A DNA stretch of 52,334 bases from Micromonosporaceae bacterium (GTDB taxonomy: Bacteria; Actinomycetota; Actinomycetes; Mycobacteriales; Micromonosporaceae): NCBI GenBank assembly GCA_036384155.1, contig DASVMV010000331.1:1-52334 (forward strand), in the 5' to 3' direction. The position numbers and the translations under genes were made by a program. Under the pieces are notes generated by a model. The model was not told where the DNA came from and searched no databases. It was given only the letters and a program-made list of their open reading frames with translations. This document shows positions 26,890-34,972 of the stretch, one piece after another; position 1 is the stretch's first letter, and each line of letters starts with the position of its first letter.

Positions 26890-27141
26890 ATGAATCGGCT
26901 GAGTCGGTCCCAGGTTCGCGACCTGATGGGGCAAGTTATGAAGAACCAGGGCAAAGTTCTGCCTGACGACGACAGCGCAGATCTCCGTGAGATTGGCTTC
27001 CGGTCCCTCGACTTCTCCGAACTCGCCCTCCGCGTCGAAGACGAGATCGGCGAGGAGCTGAACTTCGACGCGCCCGGCCTGCGGCAGATCGCCACGGTCG
27101 GCGACGTCCTCGACTTCATCGTGCAGCTGCAGTCGGAGTGA
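26890..27141 (+). CDS. Acyl carrier protein
   Basis: 83 aa. LREIGFRSLDFSELALRVEDEIGEEL places a Ser in the carrier-protein SLD context, and the protein is acidic. GTGA overlap with the ligase gene. Confidence 0.8.
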   Translation: MNRLSRSQVRDLMGQVMKNQGKVLPDDDSADLREIGFRSLDFSELALRVEDEIGEELNFDAPGLRQIATVGDVLDFIVQLQSE

Positions 27142-28433
27142 CTGTGCCGGACGCGCCCGACGCCCGCTCGCCCCAACCGGCCCGGGCCGGCGATGACAAC
27201 CAGCCGGCCCTGGCCGGCGATGACAACCAGATCGTCGCCGGTGGCGCGACGTTGACCTGGCGGACGCTTCCCGCGGTCGATCTTCCCTCGCCGGTGGCGG
27301 TCCTCGCGGCCTCGGGCACCGATGCGCTGGCCGCCGCGCGGCAGCACGCCGTTTCCGGCACCGAACTGGTCCTCAGCACGCCGTCCCGGGTCGATCCGGC
27401 GCTGCGCGACGAGCTGACCGACGCCGGCTTCGCGGTCGCGCTGCTGGACGGCGGCGAGGTCACCATGCTGGCCAAGGGCCAACACCGGGCACCGGATCCC
27501 GGCCGCCTCTGGCTGCTCACCTCGGGCTCCACCGGGCGGCCCAAACGGGTCGGCCACACCCTGGACTCGCTCACCACCGTCCGCGCGCCGCAGGACCGGC
27601 GCACCTGGCTCTGCCCGTACTCGCCCGGCACGTACGCCTGGTGGCAGGTGGTGACGCTGTCGCTGACCCAGCCCGGGCAGGACCTGGTCGTGATCGAGCC
27701 CGCCGAGCTGGACCGGTGGCCCCAGATCGCGACCGAGCACGGGGTGACCGCCGCGTCCGGGACCCCCACGTTCTGGCGGCAGGCGCTCCACCGGGACGGC
27801 CCGGCCCTCGCCCAGGTGCCGCTGCGCCAGGTCACCCTCGGCGGCGAGCCGGTGGATCAGGCGATCCTCGACCAGCTGCGCGAGATCTTCCCCGCTGCGC
27901 GGATCTCGTGGATCTACGCGTCGTCCGAGGTGGGGGCCTCGATCGTCGTACACGACGGACGGGCCGGATTCCCCCAGGAGTGGCTCGACCGGCCCGCCCC
28001 GGACCGGCCCACCATCTCGGTGTCCGGCGACGAACTGGTGATCACCTCGCCGTACCACGGCGACGGGCTGGCCGGAGCGGTCCGCACGGGCGACCGCGTC
28101 GAGATCGTCGACGGCCGGGTGCACATCGTGGGCCGCCTCAACTCCGACGAGATCAATGTCGGCGGCTCCAAGGTTTCGGCCGGGCTCGTCCGCAACGTCC
28201 TCACGGCGCACCCCGCCGTGGCCTGGGCCCGGGTGAGCGGCCGGAAGGCTCCGCTGGTCGGGCGCGTCGTGGCGGCGGAGGTAGTGCTGGCTCCCGGAGC
28301 CGACCGCGCCGACGCCGACGAGGCGGCCCTCGTACAGTGGTGCACCGAGCGGTTGCCCGACTACGGCGTGCCACGCCGGATCCGCTACCTCGATGAGATC
28401 CCGTTCAAGGAGACCCTGAAAAGCGATGTCTGA
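27138..28433 (+). CDS. AMP-dependent (adenylate-forming) acyl-ACP/CoA ligase, short form
   Basis: LLTSGSTGRPKRVGHT core motif, YASSEVG, and GDRVEIVDGRVHIVGRLNSDEINVGGSKV. The N-terminus contains a duplicated AGDDNQ unit. Confidence 0.8.
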   Translation: MTVPDAPDARSPQPARAGDDNQPALAGDDNQIVAGGATLTWRTLPAVDLPSPVAVLAASGTDALAAARQHAVSGTELVLSTPSRVDPALRDELTDAGFAVALLDGGEVTMLAKGQHRAPDPGRLWLLTSGSTGRPKRVGHTLDSLTTVRAPQDRRTWLCPYSPGTYAWWQVVTLSLTQPGQDLVVIEPAELDRWPQIATEHGVTAASGTPTFWRQALHRDGPALAQVPLRQVTLGGEPVDQAILDQLREIFPAARISWIYASSEVGASIVVHDGRAGFPQEWLDRPAPDRPTISVSGDELVITSPYHGDGLAGAVRTGDRVEIVDGRVHIVGRLNSDEINVGGSKVSAGLVRNVLTAHPAVAWARVSGRKAPLVGRVVAAEVVLAPGADRADADEAALVQWCTERLPDYGVPRRIRYLDEIPFKETLKSDV

Positions 28434-29196
28434 CAGCGCCGGCCCGAGCTCCGCAGGCACCAGCGTGATTGCCCCCTCGACGGTCGTACTCGTCTCCGGC
28501 GGGTCGCGCGGGCTGGGCCTGGCGATCGTCGCCGACCTCCTCGCGCAGGGGTTGAAGGTGGCCGCATTCGCCCGGACGGTGACGCCGGAGCTGCAGGACC
28601 TGGCCGCCAAGTACGAGGGCCGCAGCCACGTCGGCTCCGTCGACATCACCGATGTCTCGGCGTGCCAGCGCTTTGTGAAGGAGACCGAGGCCCGCCTCGG
28701 TCCGATCGACGGTCTGGTCAACAACGCCGCGGTCGGCCAGGACTCGCTGCACGTCCACACGTCCGTCGACCAGATCGAGAAGATCGTCAACACCAACCTG
28801 ACCGCGCCACTGGTCCTCACCCGCCTGGTCCTGCGGCGGATGCTCGCGCAGGGCCTGCGCGGCCGGGTGGTCAACGTCACCTCCATCTGCGCCCAGCGCG
28901 GCTACGCCGGCCTCGTGGCGTACTCGGCCACCAAGGGGGGCATGGACGCCGCCACCCGCACCATCGCCCGGGAACTGAGCGGCCGGGTGCTGGCCAACGC
29001 CGTCGCGCCGGGCTTCTTCGCCTCCGAGATGTCGGCCGTGCTCGGCCAGACGCAGCTCGACCAGATCACCCGGCGTACGCCCACCGGGCACCTCACGGAG
29101 CCCGAGGAGGTCGTACCCGTCATCCGCATGCTGCTCTGCGACCACACCAACATCAACGGGCAGGTCATCGAGGTCGACGGTGGCGCATCGATCTAA
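28426..29196 (+). CDS. SDR-family oxidoreductase (3-oxoacyl-ACP reductase-like)
   Basis: VSGGSRGLGLAI (TGxxxGxG), NNAAV, and YSATKGGMDA (YxxxK). 8-nt overlap with the ligase gene. Confidence 0.9.
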   Translation: MSDSAGPSSAGTSVIAPSTVVLVSGGSRGLGLAIVADLLAQGLKVAAFARTVTPELQDLAAKYEGRSHVGSVDITDVSACQRFVKETEARLGPIDGLVNNAAVGQDSLHVHTSVDQIEKIVNTNLTAPLVLTRLVLRRMLAQGLRGRVVNVTSICAQRGYAGLVAYSATKGGMDAATRTIARELSGRVLANAVAPGFFASEMSAVLGQTQLDQITRRTPTGHLTEPEEVVPVIRMLLCDHTNINGQVIEVDGGASI

Positions 29197-29635
29197 CCGG
29201 CGACTCGCCGATTCGGCGCTGGTCCAGGCGGTGCTCGATCAGGCCGAGGCCAGGCTGGACGTGACCGGCGGCAGCGCCGGAGGCGGGGCCGCCGCCGGCG
29301 CACTGACCCGATCCCACACCTCGGACTTCCGCACCGTCGGGTGGTATGGCATCCCGCCGCCCGGCTGGCGCCTCGCGATCGACGCCGAGGTGAGCGACGC
29401 ACCCGTGCCGCCCGCCCTCGCGGCCCGCTTCGGCCCGGCGTCGTTCTGGAGCCGGTGGACCCGGGCCGAGAGCATGTGCAAGGTGTTCGGCGTGCCGATC
29501 GCGGTCTGGCTGCGCCGGCACGGTCTCGGCGTGCCGGCGCGGTTTCCCGGTGCGTGGCGCACGCTGGCGCTGGCCGACCTGACCATCTCGGTGGCCTGCG
29601 TGCCCGCCGCGGTGGTCGACCGAGGCGCGGGCTGA
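29180..29635 (+). CDS. Divergent, short 4'-phosphopantetheinyl-transferase-like protein (tentative)
   Basis: The 151-aa ORF has very high GC3. LAIDAEV resembles the GxDxE motif and FWSRWTRAESMCKVFG resembles the W-x-x-KEA-x-x-K motif of PPTases. The spacing is shorter than in canonical enzymes. Confidence 0.4.
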   Translation: MAHRSNRRLADSALVQAVLDQAEARLDVTGGSAGGGAAAGALTRSHTSDFRTVGWYGIPPPGWRLAIDAEVSDAPVPPALAARFGPASFWSRWTRAESMCKVFGVPIAVWLRRHGLGVPARFPGAWRTLALADLTISVACVPAAVVDRGAG

Positions 29636-29637
29636 GC

Positions 29638-30477
29638 ATGCATCACGCGAACTACTACTACGGGCACGCGCACCTGCTCGCCCGCTACTGCCGGCTCAGC
29701 GAGCCGATGCACCCGCCGCGGATCCTGGGCTACTACCAGCACGGCTGGAACATCGGTGACAGCCAGGCGGCCGGTGTCCCCTTGGTCTTCGGCAGCAAGC
29801 TCTTCGTGTGGTCCGAGCAGACCCGGCGGCGCGCCTGGTCGCAGGGGCGGCGCAACGCGATCGTGACCGGGGCGCCGTTCGCGTACCTGCTGCAGATGGA
29901 ACCCGAACCGCCGGACCTGCGCCGCGAGGGCACGCTGTTCTATCCGTTCCACGGGTGGGAAGGGCAACGGGTGCTGGGCGACCACGCCCGCATGATCGAC
30001 GAGGTCAAGTCGGTCGAGACCGGCCCCATCACCGCGTGCCTCTACTGGAGCGAGTACCGGAACAGGCGCATTCGCCGACAGTACGAGAAGGCCGGCGTGA
30101 GGGTGATCTGCCACGGCTATCGCGGCTTCTGGTGGCGCGATCACGACCGGACGTTCCTCGACCGCCAGATGGCCGAGCTCCGCCAGCACAAGCGGGTGGT
30201 CTCCAACCGGTTGTCCAGCGCGATCTGGTACGGGCTGCTCGCCGGCTGCGACGCGGCCGTGTACGGCGACCCGATGCAGCTGGAGGACGCGGACCCGCTG
30301 TTCGGCGGCGAGCCGCGGATCCGGCGGCAGTGGTCGGAGCTGTACGGCTACGAGGTCGACCGGTCCGTCGCGTACGCCATGGCCCGGGAGGAACTGGGCG
30401 CCGACCTCCTGGCCTCCCCGGAAGAGCTCCGGCTTCACCTCGGCTGGGCCGAATCTCAGGACGGTGGACATGTCTGA
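29638..30477 (+). CDS. Uncharacterised protein, family A, copy 1
   Basis: 279 aa starting MHHANYYYGHAHLLARYC. It is a paralogue of 34140-34970, sharing long blocks such as QHGWNIG, FVWS, GRRN, FHGWEG, GDHAR-IDE, HKRV--NRLS-AI and AVYGDPMQLE---PLFGG. I recognise no family. Confidence 0.75.
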   Translation: MHHANYYYGHAHLLARYCRLSEPMHPPRILGYYQHGWNIGDSQAAGVPLVFGSKLFVWSEQTRRRAWSQGRRNAIVTGAPFAYLLQMEPEPPDLRREGTLFYPFHGWEGQRVLGDHARMIDEVKSVETGPITACLYWSEYRNRRIRRQYEKAGVRVICHGYRGFWWRDHDRTFLDRQMAELRQHKRVVSNRLSSAIWYGLLAGCDAAVYGDPMQLEDADPLFGGEPRIRRQWSELYGYEVDRSVAYAMAREELGADLLASPEELRLHLGWAESQDGGHV

Positions 30478-32260
30478 CCCGGACCCGGTACGTCGCGTCG
30501 GCGGCGAGATGTTCGCCTGGAGCGACTGGGATCCCGCTCGGGGTCCCCGAGTTCCCCGCGGCAACACGCTGTTCCACCTGCTGTCGGAGCTCGCGTCGGG
30601 GAGTCGTACGGTCCTCGTCGCCGGGCCGCACGAGGACGAGATCCTCACCCGCTTGGCGGCCCGGGGCGCGGCCGTGTCCTGCGTGGTCCGCTCGCTGGCC
30701 GACGCCGAACGGATCGCCGGCGCCTACCCGGACGTCACGGTCTACTGCGGCAGCCTAGGCAAGATCGATCAGCCGGATGGCTTCGACCTGATCGTCGCCG
30801 CCGACGGCATGGAGCGGCTGGCCTCGGCCGAAGGCGGTCAGGAGAGCCCGGACGATCTGCTGCAGAGCCTGACCCACCTGCTGAGCTCGCGCGGCGTGCT
30901 GGCCCTGATGCACGCGAACATCTGCGGCGTACAGCATCTCGTCGAGCTGGAGCCGGGCCGCCACTACCGCTCGGACACGGCGTGGTACCCGGTCACCGAG
31001 CACGACGAGCTACGCCCCGCGTCCGTGCCCCAGTTGCACGATCGGCTGCGCGCCCACGGCCTCGACGTGTCGTGGGACTACGCCGTCTTCCCCACCTCCC
31101 ACCTGCCGACCGTCTTCGTCGCGCACGACATCGCCCGCGACGTCGACTCACCCCTGCGCGGCCCGCTCGGGTCAGTGCTCTTCGCCGCGCTGACCGAGGC
31201 GTACGCCGACACGCCGGTGGTCCGGGATCCCCGAGCGATCATGGAGCGCGCCGTGCGCACCGGCACCGCCGCGTCGTTGGCCCCAGCCTGGCTGACCCTG
31301 GCCCGGCGGGCCGATGCCACCGGCATGGCCGTGCCGCACCACGATCTGGTCGTCGGCGGCACCGACTCGTTCGTGTACGAATTCAGCGTTGCCGGCTCGG
31401 ACATCCGGCGATCGGTGCTGGCGCCCGCGACGGGAGAGGACCAGAGCGCGGGCCTGCGCCGGGTCGCCGACCCCGGGTCCGCGCTGCACCGGGCGGGTCG
31501 CCTGTTCGAAGACCACCTTCTGCAGCTGTGTGGCCGCCACGATCTGGTCGGCCTGCGGGCGGCGCTCGGCCGCTACGTCGCCTGGGTGCAGGAGCAGTCG
31601 TCCGACGGCGCGGTCGCCGGCGCCGCCGCACTCGCCGGCACCTACGACCTCATCTTCACCGAGACCGACTTCTGGCCCGTCCCCTCCAGGTGGGCCCCGG
31701 TCGAGCCGGTGCCGGCAGGCGTGGTCGTCGCCCGGACGCTGTGGGGATTCGCGGTACGACTGATCACGTTCAACCGCCCGCACCCGTGGCATCTGACCGC
31801 GAGCGCGGCGGAGCTCACCGCGATCCTCGCGGCGACCGCCGGCCAATCACTCAACCAGGGCGATCTCGATGCGGCAATCGATCTGGAAGCCGGCCAGCGG
31901 GCTGCTGACCGGGATCTCCCGCCGGAGCGGACGGCCGAACTCCGCGCCGCGCTCGCCGGCGTCCGGGCCGACACTGCGGGCGTCGACATCCAGGGCTACC
32001 GCGAGATGGCCGACGCCCTGTGGCGGCAGGAATACCAGCTGCAGCAGATGCACGCCCTGGTCGCCTGGACCGAAAAGATCATCCGGGACCGGGACCGCGC
32101 CCTCAGTGCGCTCGACCAGGAGGTCCGGCTGTACCAGGGCACCAGGACCGAAAAGGTGTTCACGTTCCTCAAGATGGCCTACCGCAAGCTGCGCTTCAGC
32201 GCCGGCCGGCTGAAGCGCAAGCTCCGGCGCAACCGCCGGGACGCGACCGAAATGCAGTAG
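30464..32260 (+). CDS. Uncharacterised protein, family B, copy 1 (Rossmann/methyltransferase-like N-domain, coiled-coil and basic tail)
   Basis: 598 aa. The N-domain TVLVAGPHEDEIL...FDLIVAADGMERL resembles a class I MTase fold but lacks the GxGxG loop. The C-terminus LWRQEYQLQQMHALVAWTEKIIRDRDRALSALDQEVRLYQGTR is followed by KVFTFLKMAYRKLRFSAGRLKRKLRRNRR. The GTG start overlaps gene A by 14 nt. Confidence 0.75.
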   Translation: MDMSDPDPVRRVGGEMFAWSDWDPARGPRVPRGNTLFHLLSELASGSRTVLVAGPHEDEILTRLAARGAAVSCVVRSLADAERIAGAYPDVTVYCGSLGKIDQPDGFDLIVAADGMERLASAEGGQESPDDLLQSLTHLLSSRGVLALMHANICGVQHLVELEPGRHYRSDTAWYPVTEHDELRPASVPQLHDRLRAHGLDVSWDYAVFPTSHLPTVFVAHDIARDVDSPLRGPLGSVLFAALTEAYADTPVVRDPRAIMERAVRTGTAASLAPAWLTLARRADATGMAVPHHDLVVGGTDSFVYEFSVAGSDIRRSVLAPATGEDQSAGLRRVADPGSALHRAGRLFEDHLLQLCGRHDLVGLRAALGRYVAWVQEQSSDGAVAGAAALAGTYDLIFTETDFWPVPSRWAPVEPVPAGVVVARTLWGFAVRLITFNRPHPWHLTASAAELTAILAATAGQSLNQGDLDAAIDLEAGQRAADRDLPPERTAELRAALAGVRADTAGVDIQGYREMADALWRQEYQLQQMHALVAWTEKIIRDRDRALSALDQEVRLYQGTRTEKVFTFLKMAYRKLRFSAGRLKRKLRRNRRDATEMQ

Positions 32261-32395
32261 CGCGCCCAGCAGCGAAAGGCCCCCCGGCACATCGGCAAGG
32301 GTCCTCGGGGATGGGCCTACCACGCCCGGCTCCGGGCGGTCAGGCTTGATCCCTCCGCCTGGCGCCGCGGGCCCATCTTTCCGGCCTTTCTCAGG

Positions 32396-34153
32396 TCACC
32401 GGCGCAGCACCCGGACCAGGCGCCGCTTCACCCCCCGTGCGAACCGCCGCGGTTGCCGGACCGTGCCGGCCTTGCGAATGATCTCGGCCAGCTTGGCCGC
32501 CCGGGAACCCTGGATCGTCCGCAGGTCCGACCGGAGCCCGCGCAGCCGGCTCTCGCGTACCCGCAGCTGCTGGTCGCGGAACCGGATGGTGCGCTCCAGC
32601 CCGAAGATGTGCCCGGCGAGCTCCTCGGCCCTGACCCGGGCGGCCTCCGCGTCGGCGAGCGCGGTACGCAGGTCGGCCTCCGGGTCGCCGCCGGAGTCGG
32701 AACCGCTCGCGGCCGCAACGGCGTCGGCGATCTCCCGTCCGCGCTTGACCGTCGCCGCCGTAGCCTCGTCCCCGGCCTCCTCCCCGCACATCGCGAGCCA
32801 TGCCGTCACGAGCTCGTCGCCGACCATCCACGGCGGCCACGGGTGCCGGCGATGTCCGCGCAGCAGGCGGTCCTGGAAGCGTTGCCAGGCCGCCGCCAGC
32901 AGCTCCGATGTGGACGCCGGCGGGGTGGTCACCCAGCCGAACACCCCGCGGGCGAAGGATTCCCCGTCCACGCACAGGTCGTCGAAGCAGATGACGACGT
33001 CAGCATCCTCCTCGGTGCGGCCCCGCGCCCACTCGCCGATCTGCGCAGCCACCCGGCGGAAACCCGGTACGTCCTCCGCGGCCGCCAGCCGGAGGAGGAC
33101 ACGTTCGACCGACTCGGTGTCGGGGACCACGCCCGGTACCGCGGCCGGGGAAAAGGCGATGCCGGCAGACGCGCCGCTCTCGGCGATCTCGCCGCTCTCG
33201 GCGCTCTCGGCGCTGGAGACCCGTACCCGCCAGCCCTGCTCGTCAAGGTTGGCGGTCAGCACGCTCGCCGCGTCTGCGGCCTCGGCGTAGACGGTACGGG
33301 CGGTGGCGCCGCACACCGCGAGCCAGCACGGTGACACGGCGTCGAGCAGCCCGGCCCGAGCGGCGGCGTCGGCGCTGTCCGCCACCGGGGCCAGCAGCGG
33401 GGTGCTGACCGTCGAGGCCTCCAACGCGCGGACGGCGAGCCGCGCGGCGAGCCGCCCCGGTCGGGTCGCGGCCGCGGCGGCCCGGTCCAGCATCGTGTGC
33501 GGGACGCCCGCGACGTCGACCATCGCGTACAGGCCCTCTACCGCGAGACCGACCCCGGCGAGGGCGTTGACCAGCTGGTCCGGCGACGTCGGCCGGTACG
33601 GGTCGTCGTGCAGCGGCCGCCATTCATCGTCGCCGTGCCGGTTGTCGACCGGTCGCCGGTCGAGCAGCCCGGTCAGCGCGAACTCGTTGTCGCACCCGAG
33701 GACGACCACGGCCTGCGGTGCGGCTGTCCGGGCCAGTGCGGACGCCCGCTCCGGCCACGTCATCGCCGGGGAATCCGTGCCGAGCACCCGGTCGAGGCCG
33801 TCGGCGGCCACGACCACGTCGAACCGCTCGTCGGCCCGGTCGGCAAATCCGTCGAGCGCCCCGGTGACGACCTTCACGTTGGTCGCCTGGACCGCCGCCT
33901 CCAGCGTCGTGGCGTCACCGACCGACCGCAGCAGTACCGTGACGCTCTCACTGCTGGCGGCCACGAGTTCGATGACGTCACGGGCGTGCGGGCCGACCAC
34001 GAGCGCCCGCGCCGCCTGCGGGAGCACGTCCTGCAGCAGGGCCTGCAGAACCGCGCCGCCGGTTGGCTTGCGGTGGCCCTCGTAGTCGCTCCACGGCTGC
34101 ATCTCGCCCCGGACGACGTCGACGGTGATCGAGCCGTTCTCAGTCACGTTCAT
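32396..34153 (-). CDS. Uncharacterised protein, family B, copy 2
   Basis: 585 aa with the same architecture as 30464-32260: ALVVGPHARDVI...FDVVVAADGLDRV, a C-terminal LERTIRFRDQQLRVRESRLRGLRSDLRTIQGSR, then AAKLAEIIRKAGTVRQPRRFARGVKRRLVRVLRR. The ATG overlaps gene A copy 2 by 14 nt. Confidence 0.75.
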   Translation of the reverse strand: MNVTENGSITVDVVRGEMQPWSDYEGHRKPTGGAVLQALLQDVLPQAARALVVGPHARDVIELVAASSESVTVLLRSVGDATTLEAAVQATNVKVVTGALDGFADRADERFDVVVAADGLDRVLGTDSPAMTWPERASALARTAAPQAVVVLGCDNEFALTGLLDRRPVDNRHGDDEWRPLHDDPYRPTSPDQLVNALAGVGLAVEGLYAMVDVAGVPHTMLDRAAAAATRPGRLAARLAVRALEASTVSTPLLAPVADSADAAARAGLLDAVSPCWLAVCGATARTVYAEAADAASVLTANLDEQGWRVRVSSAESAESGEIAESGASAGIAFSPAAVPGVVPDTESVERVLLRLAAAEDVPGFRRVAAQIGEWARGRTEEDADVVICFDDLCVDGESFARGVFGWVTTPPASTSELLAAAWQRFQDRLLRGHRRHPWPPWMVGDELVTAWLAMCGEEAGDEATAATVKRGREIADAVAAASGSDSGGDPEADLRTALADAEAARVRAEELAGHIFGLERTIRFRDQQLRVRESRLRGLRSDLRTIQGSRAAKLAEIIRKAGTVRQPRRFARGVKRRLVRVLRR

Positions 34154-34970
34154 TCCAATCGAAGAGCATCCGCATCTCGGCGGGCGACATCATCCACGGC
34201 CGGCCGAGTTCGTAGTCGGTCACTTCCCGGGCTACCTTGACGTCGATGTCCTTACCCAACATCTCCGGCCAGAGGCGGGCGACCCGCGCGGTTCCCCCGA
34301 ACAACGGGTTCTCGCCCTCCAGCTGCATCGGATCGCCGTAAACGGCGGGTTCGCAGCCGGCGGCGACGCCAAAAAAGATCGCCGTGGACAACCTGTTCGC
34401 GGCCACCCGCTTGTGCCGGCGCAGGGCCTCGAGCTGCTTGTACAGGAACCGCCGGTCCGTGCCCTCGTAGTTCCAACCCCGGCGGCCGAAGCAGACCACC
34501 TCGAAGCCGGCCTCTTCGTAGTAGCGGCGGATCTCCGGCCGCTCGTACTCGGTGTAGTAGAGGCTGAACGTCACCGGGCCGGGTTCGGTCTCCCGGATCT
34601 CGTCGATCAAACGGGCGTGATCGCCCTGGATCTTGCCGCCCTCCCAGCCGTGGAAGAGGAACCAGAGGGTGCCGCTGCGGCTTTCGTCGGGCACCCGACC
34701 CAGATCCGGCTCGAGGTCCATCAGGTAGAGCCACGGCGCGCCCACCACGTGGTAGTTGCGCCGGCCCAGCGAGTGGCCCCGCCGCCGGGGCGCGTCGCTC
34801 CACACGAAACGCCACGCGCCGTCGAAGAACTCGTGCACCGGATTCCAGCCGCAGCCGATGTTCCAGCCGTGCTGCAGGTATCCGCGGAGGCGGGGCGGAT
34901 GGACGTCGTCGAGACCGCAGTGGCGAGCAAGGATGTGGGTCTGGCCGTAGTAGTGATTGTGGTGATGCAT
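34140..34970 (-). CDS. Uncharacterised protein, family A, copy 2
   Basis: The protein starts MHHHNHYYGQTHILARHC at ATG 34968-34970, homologous to the start of copy 1; the track uses a TTG two codons upstream at 34976. By eye it is about half identical to copy 1. Confidence 0.75.
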   Translation of the reverse strand: MHHHNHYYGQTHILARHCGLDDVHPPRLRGYLQHGWNIGCGWNPVHEFFDGAWRFVWSDAPRRRGHSLGRRNYHVVGAPWLYLMDLEPDLGRVPDESRSGTLWFLFHGWEGGKIQGDHARLIDEIRETEPGPVTFSLYYTEYERPEIRRYYEEAGFEVVCFGRRGWNYEGTDRRFLYKQLEALRRHKRVAANRLSTAIFFGVAAGCEPAVYGDPMQLEGENPLFGGTARVARLWPEMLGKDIDVKVAREVTDYELGRPWMMSPAEMRMLFDWNERD

Positions 34971-34972
34971 AG

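Noticed and set aside
28426-28433. Identical ATGTCTGA overlap junction at ligase/SDR (28426-28433) and at A/B (30470-30477), as a possible shared regulatory element
   Set aside because: ATG-nCT-GA type start/stop overlaps are common in high-GC actinobacterial operons; another, ATGACTGA, occurs at 41574-41581. An 8-10 nt identity is too short to mean more than translational coupling.
26772-28886. 704-aa minus-strand ORF
   Set aside because: It is antisense to the ACP, ligase and SDR genes, has no motifs, and has shadow-ORF composition.
29638-30477. Family A as a bacterial sialyltransferase-like enzyme, based on HP and acidic-acidic-G style motifs (HPPR, WEG)
   Set aside because: The motif order is reversed relative to the D/E-D/E-G then HP order of known bacterial sialyltransferase families, and the matches are only 2-3 residues. 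This is not evidence.
32261-32395. A bidirectional terminator in the 135-bp spacer between the convergent B and B' genes
   Set aside because: I found only short, weak stems: gaaaggcc at about 32274 against ggcctttc at about 32383, and a few 4-6 bp GC stems. Nothing is comparable to the 16-bp hairpin at 50406, so I made no confident call.
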